A stretch of 64,000 nucleotides of DNA from the NCBI GenBank assembly GCA_041650995.1, contig JBAZJZ010000001.1, forward strand, positions 227,166 to 291,165, read 5' to 3'. A program made the translations under genes and the position numbers. Under the pieces are notes generated by a model that made no database searches, was not told the origin of the DNA, and saw nothing but the letters and a program-made list of their open reading frames with translations. The stretch comes from Patescibacteria group bacterium (GTDB lineage Bacteria; Patescibacteriota; Patescibacteriia; XYB2-FULL-38-15). Position 1 is the stretch's first letter. Each line of letters starts with the position of its first letter. This document shows positions 8,482 through 18,081 of this stretch, in pieces.

Positions 8482-9438
8482 TTAACCCTTTATAACAAGG
8501 AAAGTGACGTACGAGATATATGTAATTAAAAAGAATATCCCTTGCCATCTTTCCAGGATGTGTTTTTTACCAATAAACATAAAAATAAACAGAGCAAAGC
8601 TGGCCATAATTACCATTCCAATATCCATGTTCATGTCTGTCTTAAAGGGGAGTGGCCTGATAATTGAACTTATTCCCAAAATCCAAAAAATATTAAAAAT
8701 GTTTGAACCAACCACATTGCCGACAGCGATATCAGCTTGTTTTTTATAAGCAGCTATCGCAGAGGTAGCAAGTTCCGGAAGCGATGTGCCGATTGCAACA
8801 ACGGTTAAACCAATCAAAGATTCGCTAATATCTAAAGTTGTCGCTATTTTAACCGCGCCGTCAACAATCCATTTGCCGCCAAAAAATAAACCAGCCAGAC
8901 CGGCTATAATAAAAAGAGTCGATTTAGTGTTGCTAAATTGTTTGATATCTTCATTTGCCTCATAGCCGCCGTCTCTGGACATGCCAAAAGTATAATATAT
9001 AAAAATAGTAAAGAAAGATAATAAAACCAATCCGTCAATACGAGTTAACGCAGAAAAAATTTTTTTATCAATTAAGGCGTCGTTAGCTAAAAAACCAACT
9101 ACCAATACAGCCAAAAGGGACAATGGGATCTCTTTCCATGTTGTATTTTTCTTAACCGCTAAGGGAAAAATAATGGCTGATATTCCTAAAATCAGAAAGA
9201 TATTAGAAATATTACTACCCAGAATATTACCGATAGCCAGTTCAGTGTTACCTTTGGCGCTGGCGATTATATTTACAATTAATTCCGGCGCGGAAGTGCC
9301 AAAAGCGACTATTGTAAGACCGATAACCAGACTGGATATTTTAAATTTTTTAGCCAAAGATGAGGCGCCATCCACCAAGAGGTCTGCGCCCTTGATCAAA
9401 AAAATAAATCCCAAGACAAAGAGAATGTAAGTTAGCAT
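8482..9438 (-). CDS. CaCA-family Na+/Ca2+ (cation) antiporter
   Basis: Duplicated alpha-repeats GNILGSNISNIF and GNVVGSNIFNIF. About 10 TM segments. Confidence 0.75.
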   Translation of the reverse strand: MLTYILFVLGFIFLIKGADLLVDGASSLAKKFKISSLVIGLTIVAFGTSAPELIVNIIASAKGNTELAIGNILGSNISNIFLILGISAIIFPLAVKKNTTWKEIPLSLLAVLVVGFLANDALIDKKIFSALTRIDGLVLLSFFTIFIYYTFGMSRDGGYEANEDIKQFSNTKSTLFIIAGLAGLFFGGKWIVDGAVKIATTLDISESLIGLTVVAIGTSLPELATSAIAAYKKQADIAVGNVVGSNIFNIFWILGISSIIRPLPFKTDMNMDIGMVIMASFALFIFMFIGKKHILERWQGIFFLITYISYVTFLVIKG

Positions 9439-9454
9439 TAATCTTTATTAATTT

Positions 9455-10402
9455 TTAAGATGCCAAATAAACAAGGAATATCAGCTGGCTTGATAAAAAT
9501 AGAAAATAAATACAAAGCAGGAAAATTCCTTCGCTGCGGCTAAACTCCTTTTTCGTTTTGTAAAAAACTAACAGACTAAGAAAAAGAACAAACAAGAAAA
9601 AGAGCAGCATATAGTAACCCAGATTTATTTCAGTTGATAAAGTTTTAATAACTGAAAAAATACCAATGATTAAAATATTTGCCATAGCCGATCCGACCAA
9701 GTTACTGATAGATAGTTCCTTTATGTTTTTGCGCCATGATTGAATGGTTACGATAATTTCTGGTAAATTAGTACCGATTGAAAAAAGAACCAGTCCAATA
9801 ATAAAACCAGGAATATCAAAATTATTCAACAGAATCGCGGTGAGGCGAACGATAAGATTGGAAAATACAATTATCAAAATAAGTCCGAGGAGGACAAGAA
9901 ATAAATCCTTCAAAATTTTACCATTTCTGATAAATTCAAAATGTATTGGGTTTGAATTTTTATGTTTTTTATATAAATAATAAAGCAGAGAAAAATAAGC
10001 AGCAACGAGGATTATTCCGTCGATAAAACCAATTTTTCCATCTAAACCGAAAAGTACGGGCAGAATAAGGTAAATTAAAATTGGCAAAAAATTTATTACT
10101 CGTCCGTCAGTTTCTATTTTTCGGTTTAGAATTAAACTGATGCCCAAAATAAGACCGAAGAGAACCATCAGACCGCCCAACAAATTTCCCAGAGAAATTT
10201 CCTGGACATTGTTTATAAGAGTATTAATACCAATCGCCAGCTCGGGCAGTGAGGTAAAAACTCCGAGTAAAAGACCTAAAAAGAAAATTTTTATTCCAAG
10301 TTTTTTTCCGATCTTTTTTATGCTATCAATGGTCAGTTCTGCCGCTTTGCCGAGGAGATAAAATAGGATTAAGATTAAAGTAAAAATACCTAAATTGACC
10401 AT
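9455..10402 (-). CDS. CaCA-family cation antiporter, a tandem paralog
   Basis: GNLLGG.. and LVGSAMANIL alpha-repeat motifs. Polytopic. Confidence 0.7.
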   Translation of the reverse strand: MVNLGIFTLILILFYLLGKAAELTIDSIKKIGKKLGIKIFFLGLLLGVFTSLPELAIGINTLINNVQEISLGNLLGGLMVLFGLILGISLILNRKIETDGRVINFLPILIYLILPVLFGLDGKIGFIDGIILVAAYFSLLYYLYKKHKNSNPIHFEFIRNGKILKDLFLVLLGLILIIVFSNLIVRLTAILLNNFDIPGFIIGLVLFSIGTNLPEIIVTIQSWRKNIKELSISNLVGSAMANILIIGIFSVIKTLSTEINLGYYMLLFFLFVLFLSLLVFYKTKKEFSRSEGIFLLCIYFLFLSSQLIFLVYLAS

Positions 10403-10422
10403 AGTTTATTTTGATTAGTTTT

Positions 10423-11403
10423 TTAACGATAGCTGCTTTTATTAGCGACGTAAATGTCTGCTTCGAGCATTTGGTCGTTTTTATAATAATGATGAATAAA
10501 GTAAACATTTCCCGCGGCGTCAATCGTGGCTTCGCCGGCGAGCGGTGAAAACGTTTGCACAGGTTTGGTCCACTCACCATCAATTTTTTTTGATCGCCAT
10601 AACCCATAATCCTTAGAAATCCATAATTCATCTTCGTTGGGAGAAAGAGCTGGCCAACCCTCATCGCGTTCGGTATTCACGGCGCTAACATTTTTCGGTT
10701 CCTGCCAGGCGCCATCAATCTTTTTTGAAACCCAAATATCCAACCCGCCTTCGCCGCCCGCGCGGTCGGAATGAAAATAAACTTCATTGCCATCAGAAGT
10801 AAAATGTAGTTCACCAACTTTATATTCTTCTGGAAAATTCGCGAGTTTCCAATTTTGCCATTTATCATTTTTAAATTCCGCGGTAAACCAATTGATGCCG
10901 TCGTACCCCTCGCGCACAGAACAAAAATACATTATATCGTTTTGCACAAATTCGCAGCCGTCGCTACCGGCGCTGCCAGGTTTGGATAAAAGTACGCGTT
11001 CGGGATTAAGCCATTCGTCGCCAGATTTTTTCGTGACATAAATTCCCGTCACATTATCAGTAATTTGTTTTTCAACAGGAATTTTGACATCAGGCGTAAA
11101 GAAAAAATAAAGTGTTTGGCCGTCTGGTAAAATAAAAGGGGAGTCCTCGCCGCCAGCAGTATTAACTGGCGCAGGCAGAGGAACTGGATTTCCGTATTCA
11201 GCAGAAAGTGATTTTGGCGGCGAAACATCTGTCGCCGGCGTAATTTTTACCGCGTCGGTTGGGATTTTACTTTCTCGGGATGGTGGTTCTGTTGGCGCCT
11301 GTCCGCATCCGGCGCCAAGGGCGGCAATACTGATTATTACGGAATAAAGTGATAAAAATTTATTCATTTTGGGGTTTTTCGTATTTGTATTTAAATTTAT
11401 CAA
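10423..11403 (-). CDS. lipoprotein with PD40 (TolB-like beta-propeller) repeats. The start is probably at the internal MNKFLSL.
   Basis: Lipobox LGAGC. Repeated DG..YF.SDR.GG.GG.DIW motifs. Confidence 0.6.
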   Translation of the reverse strand: MINLNTNTKNPKMNKFLSLYSVIISIAALGAGCGQAPTEPPSRESKIPTDAVKITPATDVSPPKSLSAEYGNPVPLPAPVNTAGGEDSPFILPDGQTLYFFFTPDVKIPVEKQITDNVTGIYVTKKSGDEWLNPERVLLSKPGSAGSDGCEFVQNDIMYFCSVREGYDGINWFTAEFKNDKWQNWKLANFPEEYKVGELHFTSDGNEVYFHSDRAGGEGGLDIWVSKKIDGAWQEPKNVSAVNTERDEGWPALSPNEDELWISKDYGLWRSKKIDGEWTKPVQTFSPLAGEATIDAAGNVYFIHHYYKNDQMLEADIYVANKSSYR

Positions 11404-11824
11404 ATTCGTTTTCGTACGCTTCGTCGCTTACTTTTTTAAAACCGGCGCGTTCGTGAGAAACAATTGACGGTCGGTTTTTCCTATCGATTGTGGCTATCAA
11501 TGTGTTCAGATCTTCTTTGCCCATCAGTGCCTCGTAAAATTTGGGTACCAGTCCTTTGCCGCGGTATTTTTGGTCAATGACAATATGGGTGATATTCTGT
11601 TCATCCTCGGTATCATAAACGCCGACAATGCCAAGTTTTTCTCCGCCTTCGCCAATAACAGTGTGATACTTCTGGTTTTTGCAATTTTCCTGGCCAAGCG
11701 CGATCCAGCCATCCTTGCCTTCGAGATTTTTAAAATATTCCATATCAAAATCGGCAAGTCCCTCGACTTTAATTTCTTTTTCTTGCGTTTCGGGCGTGGG
11801 TCCGCCCATTTCCGGATTAGCCAT
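11360..11824 (-). CDS. GNAT-family N-acetyltransferase
   Basis: HIVIDQKYRGKGLVPKFYE is an acetyl-CoA-binding motif. Confidence 0.6.
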   Translation of the reverse strand: MANPEMGGPTPETQEKEIKVEGLADFDMEYFKNLEGKDGWIALGQENCKNQKYHTVIGEGGEKLGIVGVYDTEDEQNITHIVIDQKYRGKGLVPKFYEALMGKEDLNTLIATIDRKNRPSIVSHERAGFKKVSDEAYENEFDKFKYKYEKPQNE

Positions 11825-11825
11825 A

Positions 11826-12197
11826 TTATTTATTTTTAAGAAATGATTTAACTTTAGCGAGCAGCAGGGGATAGGTTTTTTTGATTTGTGGCGCGGATAA
11901 GACCTCTTTGATTGACACTACGGTTCCTTTCGGAATGATGACGTTTTCAGGAAATTGGTCGCGGGTAAAATCAATTTCTTTTCCGTTTGGCAGACGGTTC
12001 CAAAAATGGGAAACAAACGGCAGTTTTTTGATAACGGCGTAAAGTATTTTTCCGCCGAGGAACGTGTGTGCCACTGCGGCGGTTACTCGGCATTGACCAG
12101 TGGCGGGATTTTTGGGATCAAACTTCTTGGTCCAGGAAGTTTCCGCGCTCCAGGTTGCCCGAAATGCACTCCTGAGATTTTTTATGTTTATTTTCAT
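11826..12197 (-). CDS. hypothetical protein, 123 aa
   Basis: ORF in native AT-rich composition, packed into a minus-strand operon. Confidence 0.4.
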   Translation of the reverse strand: MKINIKNLRSAFRATWSAETSWTKKFDPKNPATGQCRVTAAVAHTFLGGKILYAVIKKLPFVSHFWNRLPNGKEIDFTRDQFPENVIIPKGTVVSIKEVLSAPQIKKTYPLLLAKVKSFLKNK

Positions 12198-12200
12198 TTT

Positions 12201-12488
12201 TTATTTTTCTACATCGGCGGGTTCAAATTCAATGATGTGGTAAGGATCGTCGGGCAGTTGGGACGGTTCATTAGCTCCATATTTTTCCAGAACCTCCGCT
12301 TTATAATCCCAACCCGGCCCCGGCCCCTTTTCTGGAGTTGAATGAGAATAATATTGTCTAATAGTATATCCACTGTCGCGTGAAACCGCGCGGTAAATTT
12401 TTCCGTCAAACATCACAAGGTCTCCCGCTCTAATTTCGTCCCGCCCGAATTCCTTAATCGGCATAGATCCTTTTTCCAATTCGTTCAT
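12201..12488 (-). CDS. hypothetical protein, 95 aa
   Basis: ORF in native composition. Confidence 0.4.
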   Translation of the reverse strand: MNELEKGSMPIKEFGRDEIRAGDLVMFDGKIYRAVSRDSGYTIRQYYSHSTPEKGPGPGWDYKAEVLEKYGANEPSQLPDDPYHIIEFEPADVEK

Positions 12489-12501
12489 ATTTTTGGCTTA
12501 A

Positions 12502-15477
12502 TTGCGATTTTTATGTTATGATTTCTTAAAGAATTTTAGCAAAAATCAGGCAAAAAAGCAATTTATGGACGACTTATTAAAGGATTTAAATCAAGCGCAG
12601 AGAGAGGCCGTGGCGCATGATACTGGTCCGCTTTTGATTGTGGCTGGCGCGGGGACGGGAAAGACAACAGTCATCACAAGGCGGCTGGCTTTTTTGATTT
12701 TAGAAAAAAAAATCAAGCCGGACGAAATTTTGGCTCTGACTTTTACGGAAAAAGCGGCCGGGGAAATGGAAGAGCGCGCCGACCAACTTTTGCCATACGG
12801 TTATGTTGATCTTTGGATTTCCACATTTCACTCTTTTTGCGAGCGAATTTTGAAAGAACACGCGATTGATATTGGTTTGCCTGGGGATTTTAAACTTTTA
12901 AATCAAACTGAGCAGTGGTTGCTTGTCCGGCAAAATTTAGAGAGATTTAATTTGGATTATTATCGGCCGCTCGGTAATCCGACAAAATTTATTCATTCGC
13001 TCCTGAAACATTTCAGCCGAGCGAAGGATGAAGAAATTTGGCCGGAAACATATCTGGATTACGCGGAGAATTTAAAATTAAACAAAGACAGCACGATTAT
13101 TGAAGATAAAGATCGGCTGCTTGAAGTGGCGAGTGCGTACCACACTTACGATCAATTACTTTTAGAAAATAACGCCCTGGATTTTGGCGATTTGATAAAT
13201 TATACTTTAAAACTTTTTCGTACCCGGCCGGCGATTTTAGAAAAATACCGGCAAAAGTTTAAGTATATTTTGGTTGATGAGTTTCAGGACACAAACTGGG
13301 CGCAGTATGAGCTTATAAAAATGCTCGCTCTGCCCAAGAATAATTTAACGGTTGTCGGCGACGACGATCAATCAATATATAAATTTCGTGGCGCGTCGAT
13401 TTCCAACATCATGCAGTTTAAAAATGATTTTTCGGAATGCCGCGAAATTATTATCACGGATAATTATCGCACTAAACAAAATATTTTGGATTTGGCATAT
13501 AAATTCATAAAGCAAAACGACCCAAACCGGCTGGAAGCGAAATTAGGAATTGTAAAAAAACTTTCGGCAAAAAGAGATGGTGAGGGAATTGTTGAGCACT
13601 TGCATTGTAAAACCGCCGACCAAGAAGCACGGACCGTGGCCGAGAAAATTTTGGAATTGAAAAAAATTGACACGGCAATTAGCTATCAGGACTTTGCGAT
13701 TTTGGTCCGCGCAAATAATCAGGCGGAAATGTTCATGGGCGTTCTGGATCAGTACGGCATTCCATATCATTTTTTAGCTTCGAGCGGGCTTTATTCCAAG
13801 CCAGTAATTTTGGACATTATTGCATATCTCAAAACTTTGGACAATTATCATGAGTCAACAGCTCTATACCGCGTTTTAAATATGCCGTTTGTAGATTTAG
13901 TTTATGACGATCTTCTCGCTATGAATTTTTCAGTGAAGAAAAAGAACTGGTCGCTCTACGAAGCGATGAAACACGCGGCGGCGGTCGGCGTCTCTGGTGA
14001 TGGTCTTAGAAAAATTAATAAAATTTTAGGATTTATTGAGCGGCACACAGCAATTGCTCGCGAGTGGGGAGTGAGTAAAGTTGTTTTTAAATTTTTAGAA
14101 GATTTTCAATATCTTACTAATTTGACAAAACGCGCTGAGAAAGGGGATTCGCATGCGGCGGAAGACATCGGCTATATTAATAATTTTTTAAAAAAGATAG
14201 AAGAATTTGAAAGAGCAAATCCCGATAAGTCAATTAAAAATTTTATGGCTGAGCTTGATATGGCTCTTGAATCCGGAGAAGAAGGATCGCTTGCGGGAAG
14301 TTTTGATGAAGGACCGGACACGGTGAAAATCTTGACGGTGCATGGCGCAAAAGGTTTGGAATTTAAATATGTTTTTATTGTGAATTTAGTAGATTTGCGT
14401 TTTCCCTCAACCGACCGAAAAGAACCGATTGAAATGCCAACCGCGCTCGTTAAAGAAATTTTGCCGCAAGGCGACATTCATCTTGAAGAAGAGCGCAGGC
14501 TTTTTTATGTGGCAATGACCCGGGCGCGCGATGGATTATTTTTAACTTCAGCTTTGGATTATGGCGGACAGAGAAAAAAGAAATTATCACGCTTTTTGGT
14601 TGAACTCGGGTTTATTACACCAGAAGTGATTTCTCCGACCGGCCAGGTTTATTTTGATGAGGAAGCAGCGGCTGCGCCGAGTGAAAAAGGTATAAAAAAA
14701 TTATGGTTGCCAAGTAAATTTAGTTTTACTCAACTCAAGGCGTTTGAAACCTGCCCATTACAATATAAATTCGCTCATGTTTTAGTCGTGCCGACGCGGG
14801 GAAAATTTAATTTCAGTTTTGGGAAAACCATGCACAGCACTTTGCAGAAATTTTTTGATCAGATCTCAAAAAAAGAAAATAATAAACAGGCCGACCTTTT
14901 TGGGCAAAGTATAGCGATGGGAACGGCGCCATCGGTTGAGGAACTTTTAAAAATTTATGAAGAAACCTGGATTAATGATTGGTACGAAAGCAAAAGCCAC
15001 GAAGAAGAGTATAAAAAACGTGGGAGAAGTATGCTTCGTGAATTTTATAAAAAACACGAAGGCAATTGGCCCAAAACAAAATATCTGGAAAATGGTTTTA
15101 ATCTAAAAATTGGGGATTATACAGTGCGCGGAGCAATAGATAGAGTGGACGTTGTCCCGGGTGGTGTGGAAATTATTGATTATAAAACCGGCAGCGTGCC
15201 GAAAGATGAAAAATTTTTAGATAAAGACCAGCTCCTAATCTATCAGGCGGCGGCATCCGAAGTGCTTGGCGAAAAACCAATAATGCTCAGTTATTATTAT
15301 TTGGAAGCTAATGAAAAGATGTCTTTTCTTGGCACAGATAAGGAAGTCCAGGAAATTAAGGAAAAAATCGTGGAGACAATTCAAGAAATAAAAAAGAGCG
15401 AGTTTTCTCCCAAGCCAAGTTTATTCACTTGTAAAAATTGTGATTTTAAAGATATTTGCGAACACCGGATAATTTGA
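12502..15477 (+). CDS. UvrD/PcrA-like superfamily-1 helicase fused to a C-terminal RecB-family (PD-(D/E)xK) nuclease with a Cys cluster. The start is probably at the internal MDDLLK, about 12565.
   Basis: Motif I is LLIVAGAGTGKTTV. Helicase motifs run throughout. The C-terminus carries IIDYKTGS and the cysteine cluster CKNCDFKDIC. Confidence 0.8.
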   Translation: MRFLCYDFLKNFSKNQAKKQFMDDLLKDLNQAQREAVAHDTGPLLIVAGAGTGKTTVITRRLAFLILEKKIKPDEILALTFTEKAAGEMEERADQLLPYGYVDLWISTFHSFCERILKEHAIDIGLPGDFKLLNQTEQWLLVRQNLERFNLDYYRPLGNPTKFIHSLLKHFSRAKDEEIWPETYLDYAENLKLNKDSTIIEDKDRLLEVASAYHTYDQLLLENNALDFGDLINYTLKLFRTRPAILEKYRQKFKYILVDEFQDTNWAQYELIKMLALPKNNLTVVGDDDQSIYKFRGASISNIMQFKNDFSECREIIITDNYRTKQNILDLAYKFIKQNDPNRLEAKLGIVKKLSAKRDGEGIVEHLHCKTADQEARTVAEKILELKKIDTAISYQDFAILVRANNQAEMFMGVLDQYGIPYHFLASSGLYSKPVILDIIAYLKTLDNYHESTALYRVLNMPFVDLVYDDLLAMNFSVKKKNWSLYEAMKHAAAVGVSGDGLRKINKILGFIERHTAIAREWGVSKVVFKFLEDFQYLTNLTKRAEKGDSHAAEDIGYINNFLKKIEEFERANPDKSIKNFMAELDMALESGEEGSLAGSFDEGPDTVKILTVHGAKGLEFKYVFIVNLVDLRFPSTDRKEPIEMPTALVKEILPQGDIHLEEERRLFYVAMTRARDGLFLTSALDYGGQRKKKLSRFLVELGFITPEVISPTGQVYFDEEAAAAPSEKGIKKLWLPSKFSFTQLKAFETCPLQYKFAHVLVVPTRGKFNFSFGKTMHSTLQKFFDQISKKENNKQADLFGQSIAMGTAPSVEELLKIYEETWINDWYESKSHEEEYKKRGRSMLREFYKKHEGNWPKTKYLENGFNLKIGDYTVRGAIDRVDVVPGGVEIIDYKTGSVPKDEKFLDKDQLLIYQAAASEVLGEKPIMLSYYYLEANEKMSFLGTDKEVQEIKEKIVETIQEIKKSEFSPKPSLFTCKNCDFKDICEHRII

Positions 15478-15495
15478 AGACCAAAACCCAAAGCT

Positions 15496-15595
15496 CAAAT
15501 GTCAAATCAAATCCAAAATCCAAAACCCAAAACAATTTTTAGTCATTTGAACTTTAGTCATTGATTTGAAATTTGGATTTTGACATTTGGATTTG
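15496..15595. repeat. long interrupted inverted repeat built from CAAATGTCAAA and ATCCAAAATCCAAA units. A terminator-like hairpin after the helicase gene.
   Basis: The left arm CAAATGTCAAATCAAATCCAAAATCCAAA pairs with the right arm TTTGGATTTTGACATTTGGATTTGG. A T-run follows. Confidence 0.5.
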
Positions 15596-15902
15596 GAAAT
15601 ATATTTTTATGTTCACTCCATTAAAAAACATCCTAGAAAAAAATATCCGCCAATCCGGTATTTCTCACCAAGTTTTGGCCGCTCAGGCAATTGAAAAATT
15701 CAACCAAATTTTGGTAGAGATTTTTGGGCCGGGAGTGGGGCGGCGGGCGAGAGCGATGTATTTACGCGGAAAAATTTTAACTGTCGGTTGTCTGTCGTCG
15801 GTTGTAACACAAGAGATTTATTTAAAGCGTGGAAAAATTATGAAAGAATTGAATCGACGGCTCGGCAGGGAAGTAGTGGCTGATTTAAAATTTAAGATGT
15901 GA
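15573..15902 (+). CDS. DUF721 (DciA-like) protein. The start is probably at the internal MFTPLK.
   Basis: The C-terminal pattern ARAMYLRGKILTVGCLSSVVTQEIYLKRGKIMKELNRRLG matches the DUF721 consensus. Confidence 0.55.
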   Translation: MDFDIWIWKYIFMFTPLKNILEKNIRQSGISHQVLAAQAIEKFNQILVEIFGPGVGRRARAMYLRGKILTVGCLSSVVTQEIYLKRGKIMKELNRRLGREVVADLKFKM

Positions 15903-16012
15903 GGGGTCCGCTCCATACGAAGTAGAGGTTGTTGGATTTTTTAACAATACTTAGTCCCCCGATAATCGTTGCTCCTTCGAGTTTTCGAATTTACCGAAAC
16001 TTCGTATGGGGT
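15903..16012. repeat. palindromic element of about 110 nt closed by 11-bp arms CCATACGAAGT/ACTTCGTATGG. MITE-like or structured RNA.
   Basis: Seen in sequence. Inner sub-hairpins TTGTT..AACAA and TTCGAgttttCGAA. Confidence 0.35.
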
Positions 16013-16040
16013 TGACAAAAAGAAAAAAATATGTTAAGAT
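16012..16040 (+). promoter_or_regulatory. promoter TTGACA-17-TAAGAT
   Basis: Consensus hexamers. A structured leader of about 113 nt follows. Confidence 0.4.
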
Positions 16041-16159
16041 TTATTAAGGTACATAAAGTACCAAAAGGTATTTTTTAAACTAAAATTAACATTAATTGTC
16101 ACGCCGGTTTGGTCTTCGCCTAGACGATTTTCAAACCAAAATGTGACTTAAATAAATTT

Positions 16160-16828
16160 ATGGGAGAAACAATGAGATTTGCTCCTCCTGAGATGGAATC
16201 TGGCGAGAGAGCTGATCTAGAAGCGAAACTTGATCAATTAAGAGGTGAATCAGAAAAAGCAGTGGAGAAGATAAGAAAAGCCGAAAGTCCAGAGGAAACA
16301 TTAGCTGCTATTTTAAAAATGGAAGAGTTTAGAGTGCAAGCCGCTCCTCTTGAAGCGGACTTAAGAAAGATAAGAGTGTTAGAGCAAACCGAAGGAATTG
16401 AGGCTGGTTTGAAGGGTGAGGCTCTTAAAATGGCAGAGCAAAGAACTGAAAATGCGGAAGCTGTTAGGGCCATTGAAGAAAAAATTGAAAAGCGTTCAGC
16501 TGAACTTAAAGAAGCTGAAGCAACTTTGAAAGGTGGGAGCGGTGTAGAAATTTTAGATGCCCTCACGGCAGTTGATAGGATCCAGGCAGAGTTAAGGGAA
16601 CTTGAAGTCTCTGCCAAAAGGTTAGCTATTGATAATTTAGCTTTAGCTAGCGATCTTCATACCCTTAAAGAGCAGGGGATCACAGAAGAAGAAATACCCT
16701 TTACTGCTGCAGAAAGTGAATGGTTTAAAAGCGGAAAAAAGAGATCAGATCTCTGGGAAATGGGGGTAGCAGAAAGGGAAAGGAGAATTGATGAACTGGA
16801 AGAAGAATTTTTTGCAAAAGCTGCTTAA
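16160..16828 (+). CDS. coiled-coil protein, 222 aa, E/K/A-rich, of intermediate GC
   Basis: Heptad-rich sequence. No enzymatic motif. Confidence 0.5.
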   Translation: MGETMRFAPPEMESGERADLEAKLDQLRGESEKAVEKIRKAESPEETLAAILKMEEFRVQAAPLEADLRKIRVLEQTEGIEAGLKGEALKMAEQRTENAEAVRAIEEKIEKRSAELKEAEATLKGGSGVEILDALTAVDRIQAELRELEVSAKRLAIDNLALASDLHTLKEQGITEEEIPFTAAESEWFKSGKKRSDLWEMGVAERERRIDELEEEFFAKAA

Positions 16829-16840
16829 ACTCAAAAAATT

Positions 16841-16880
16841 AAAAAGAGAGACCCTGGTACGACCGGGGTCTCTTTGTTTC
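16841..16880. terminator. bidirectional terminator AGAGACCC..GGGTCTCT flanked by A- and T-runs
   Basis: Lies between convergent genes. Confidence 0.55.
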
Positions 16881-16899
16881 TGTCCTCCTTGTTGGGTAA

Positions 16900-17475
16900 T
16901 TACGCTGCCGCCTCCTTTTCCGGGAAGAAGATGGAAGCGTTGTCTCCGGGAAGGAAGCCCCTTGACTTGTCTCCAAGCCAAAGGGTGACGCGCGCGACGT
17001 TCTGCGCGCGATTGTCTTTCCAGACGATTCTCTTGGCGTAGGAGTGCTCATCGAACTCGGAAACCGGAGAAAGCGGCAGGATGTACTTCTGGCCGAAGAT
17101 CCTGACTTTCTTCAGTCCGTCCGTGACACACTCGATCCCGAGGTTCTGGCCTTGTGGAAAAACGACCACCCGCAAGTCGCGGAAGATACTCTCGTCTTGG
17201 GTGCTTGTCAAAACCAAAACGAGGCTGTAATGGCGCTCGAAGACGTAGAGCGCTAGGTATTCCGTTTCTTGGAGCCAGGTCTCATGCGTCGGCTCAGGTT
17301 CGAGGAATTCGATATCATCAACCGCCCTCGTGTACGGAGCGACGCAGGTTGCCGTGTGTCGCTTCTTGTTGCCCCTTCTGTCGCGCAAGGCGCGGATACA
17401 GACGGCAAGCGAAGAGACGAGCCAGGCGAAGAAAGTCGTGATCCCAGCCCAGATTCCGAGAAAGAACCGCTTCAT
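16900..17475 (-). CDS. hypothetical 191 aa protein with an N-terminal TM/signal segment, GC-rich (cassette C)
   Basis: RBS AAAGGAGGT sits 5 nt upstream of the ATG. The N-terminal hydrophobic stretch is FFLGIWAGITTFFAWLVSSLAV. Confidence 0.55.
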   Translation of the reverse strand: MKRFFLGIWAGITTFFAWLVSSLAVCIRALRDRRGNKKRHTATCVAPYTRAVDDIEFLEPEPTHETWLQETEYLALYVFERHYSLVLVLTSTQDESIFRDLRVVVFPQGQNLGIECVTDGLKKVRIFGQKYILPLSPVSEFDEHSYAKRIVWKDNRAQNVARVTLWLGDKSRGFLPGDNASIFFPEKEAAA

Positions 17476-17572
17476 CGTACACCTCCTTTACGATGGAAGG
17501 TGCGAGGCGAAATTGGCGTTGGCTAAAAGCAGAATCGCCCAGCCATACAAGCCACGCTTCGCAGCTGTTTAC

Positions 17573-17599
17573 TTTATATTATATTACGGGATTTGTCAA
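17573..17599 (-). promoter_or_regulatory. promoter TTGACA-15-TATAAA on the minus strand for cassette C
   Basis: Read from the reverse complement of GGGATTTGTCAAGGG. Confidence 0.35.
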
Positions 17600-17676
17600 G
17601 GGTAAATGAGGTTTGCTGGTTTATTCTTAATTTGCTATACTTTTACTAGAATTTAACGAGGCAGATTTAAGGCTTT

Positions 17677-18057
17677 ATGACCCTAAGGCAATATTTGATT
17701 TTAATGACAATCAGCGCCATTTTTTGTTGGATAATTTGGGGGTTTGTTCTTTACTCTGTTGATCCGACAACGGCTGGCATCCTGGGTTTTGTCTTTTTTT
17801 ATTTAAGTTTATTTCTGTCCGTAGTTGGAACTATGTCAGTTTTAGGATTAATTTTACGGATGAAATTTGGCAAAGAAGATTTAGTTTTTAAAATAGTGAC
17901 AACTTCTTTCAGGCAGGCGACCTTGCTTGGCTTTTTGACGATCGGCGGGTTGATTTTAAAAAGTCAGAGGATTTTAACATGGTGGAATATAGTTTTTTTA
18001 GTTTTAGCTTTGATTATCATGGAATTTTTCTTTATATCTTATGAGAAAAAAAGATAA
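17677..18057 (+). CDS. small integral membrane protein with 3-4 TM segments
   Basis: Hydrophobic segments. Confidence 0.45.
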   Translation: MTLRQYLILMTISAIFCWIIWGFVLYSVDPTTAGILGFVFFYLSLFLSVVGTMSVLGLILRMKFGKEDLVFKIVTTSFRQATLLGFLTIGGLILKSQRILTWWNIVFLVLALIIMEFFFISYEKKR

Positions 18058-18081
18058 TTAATCAATAAGATTTTTATAAAA

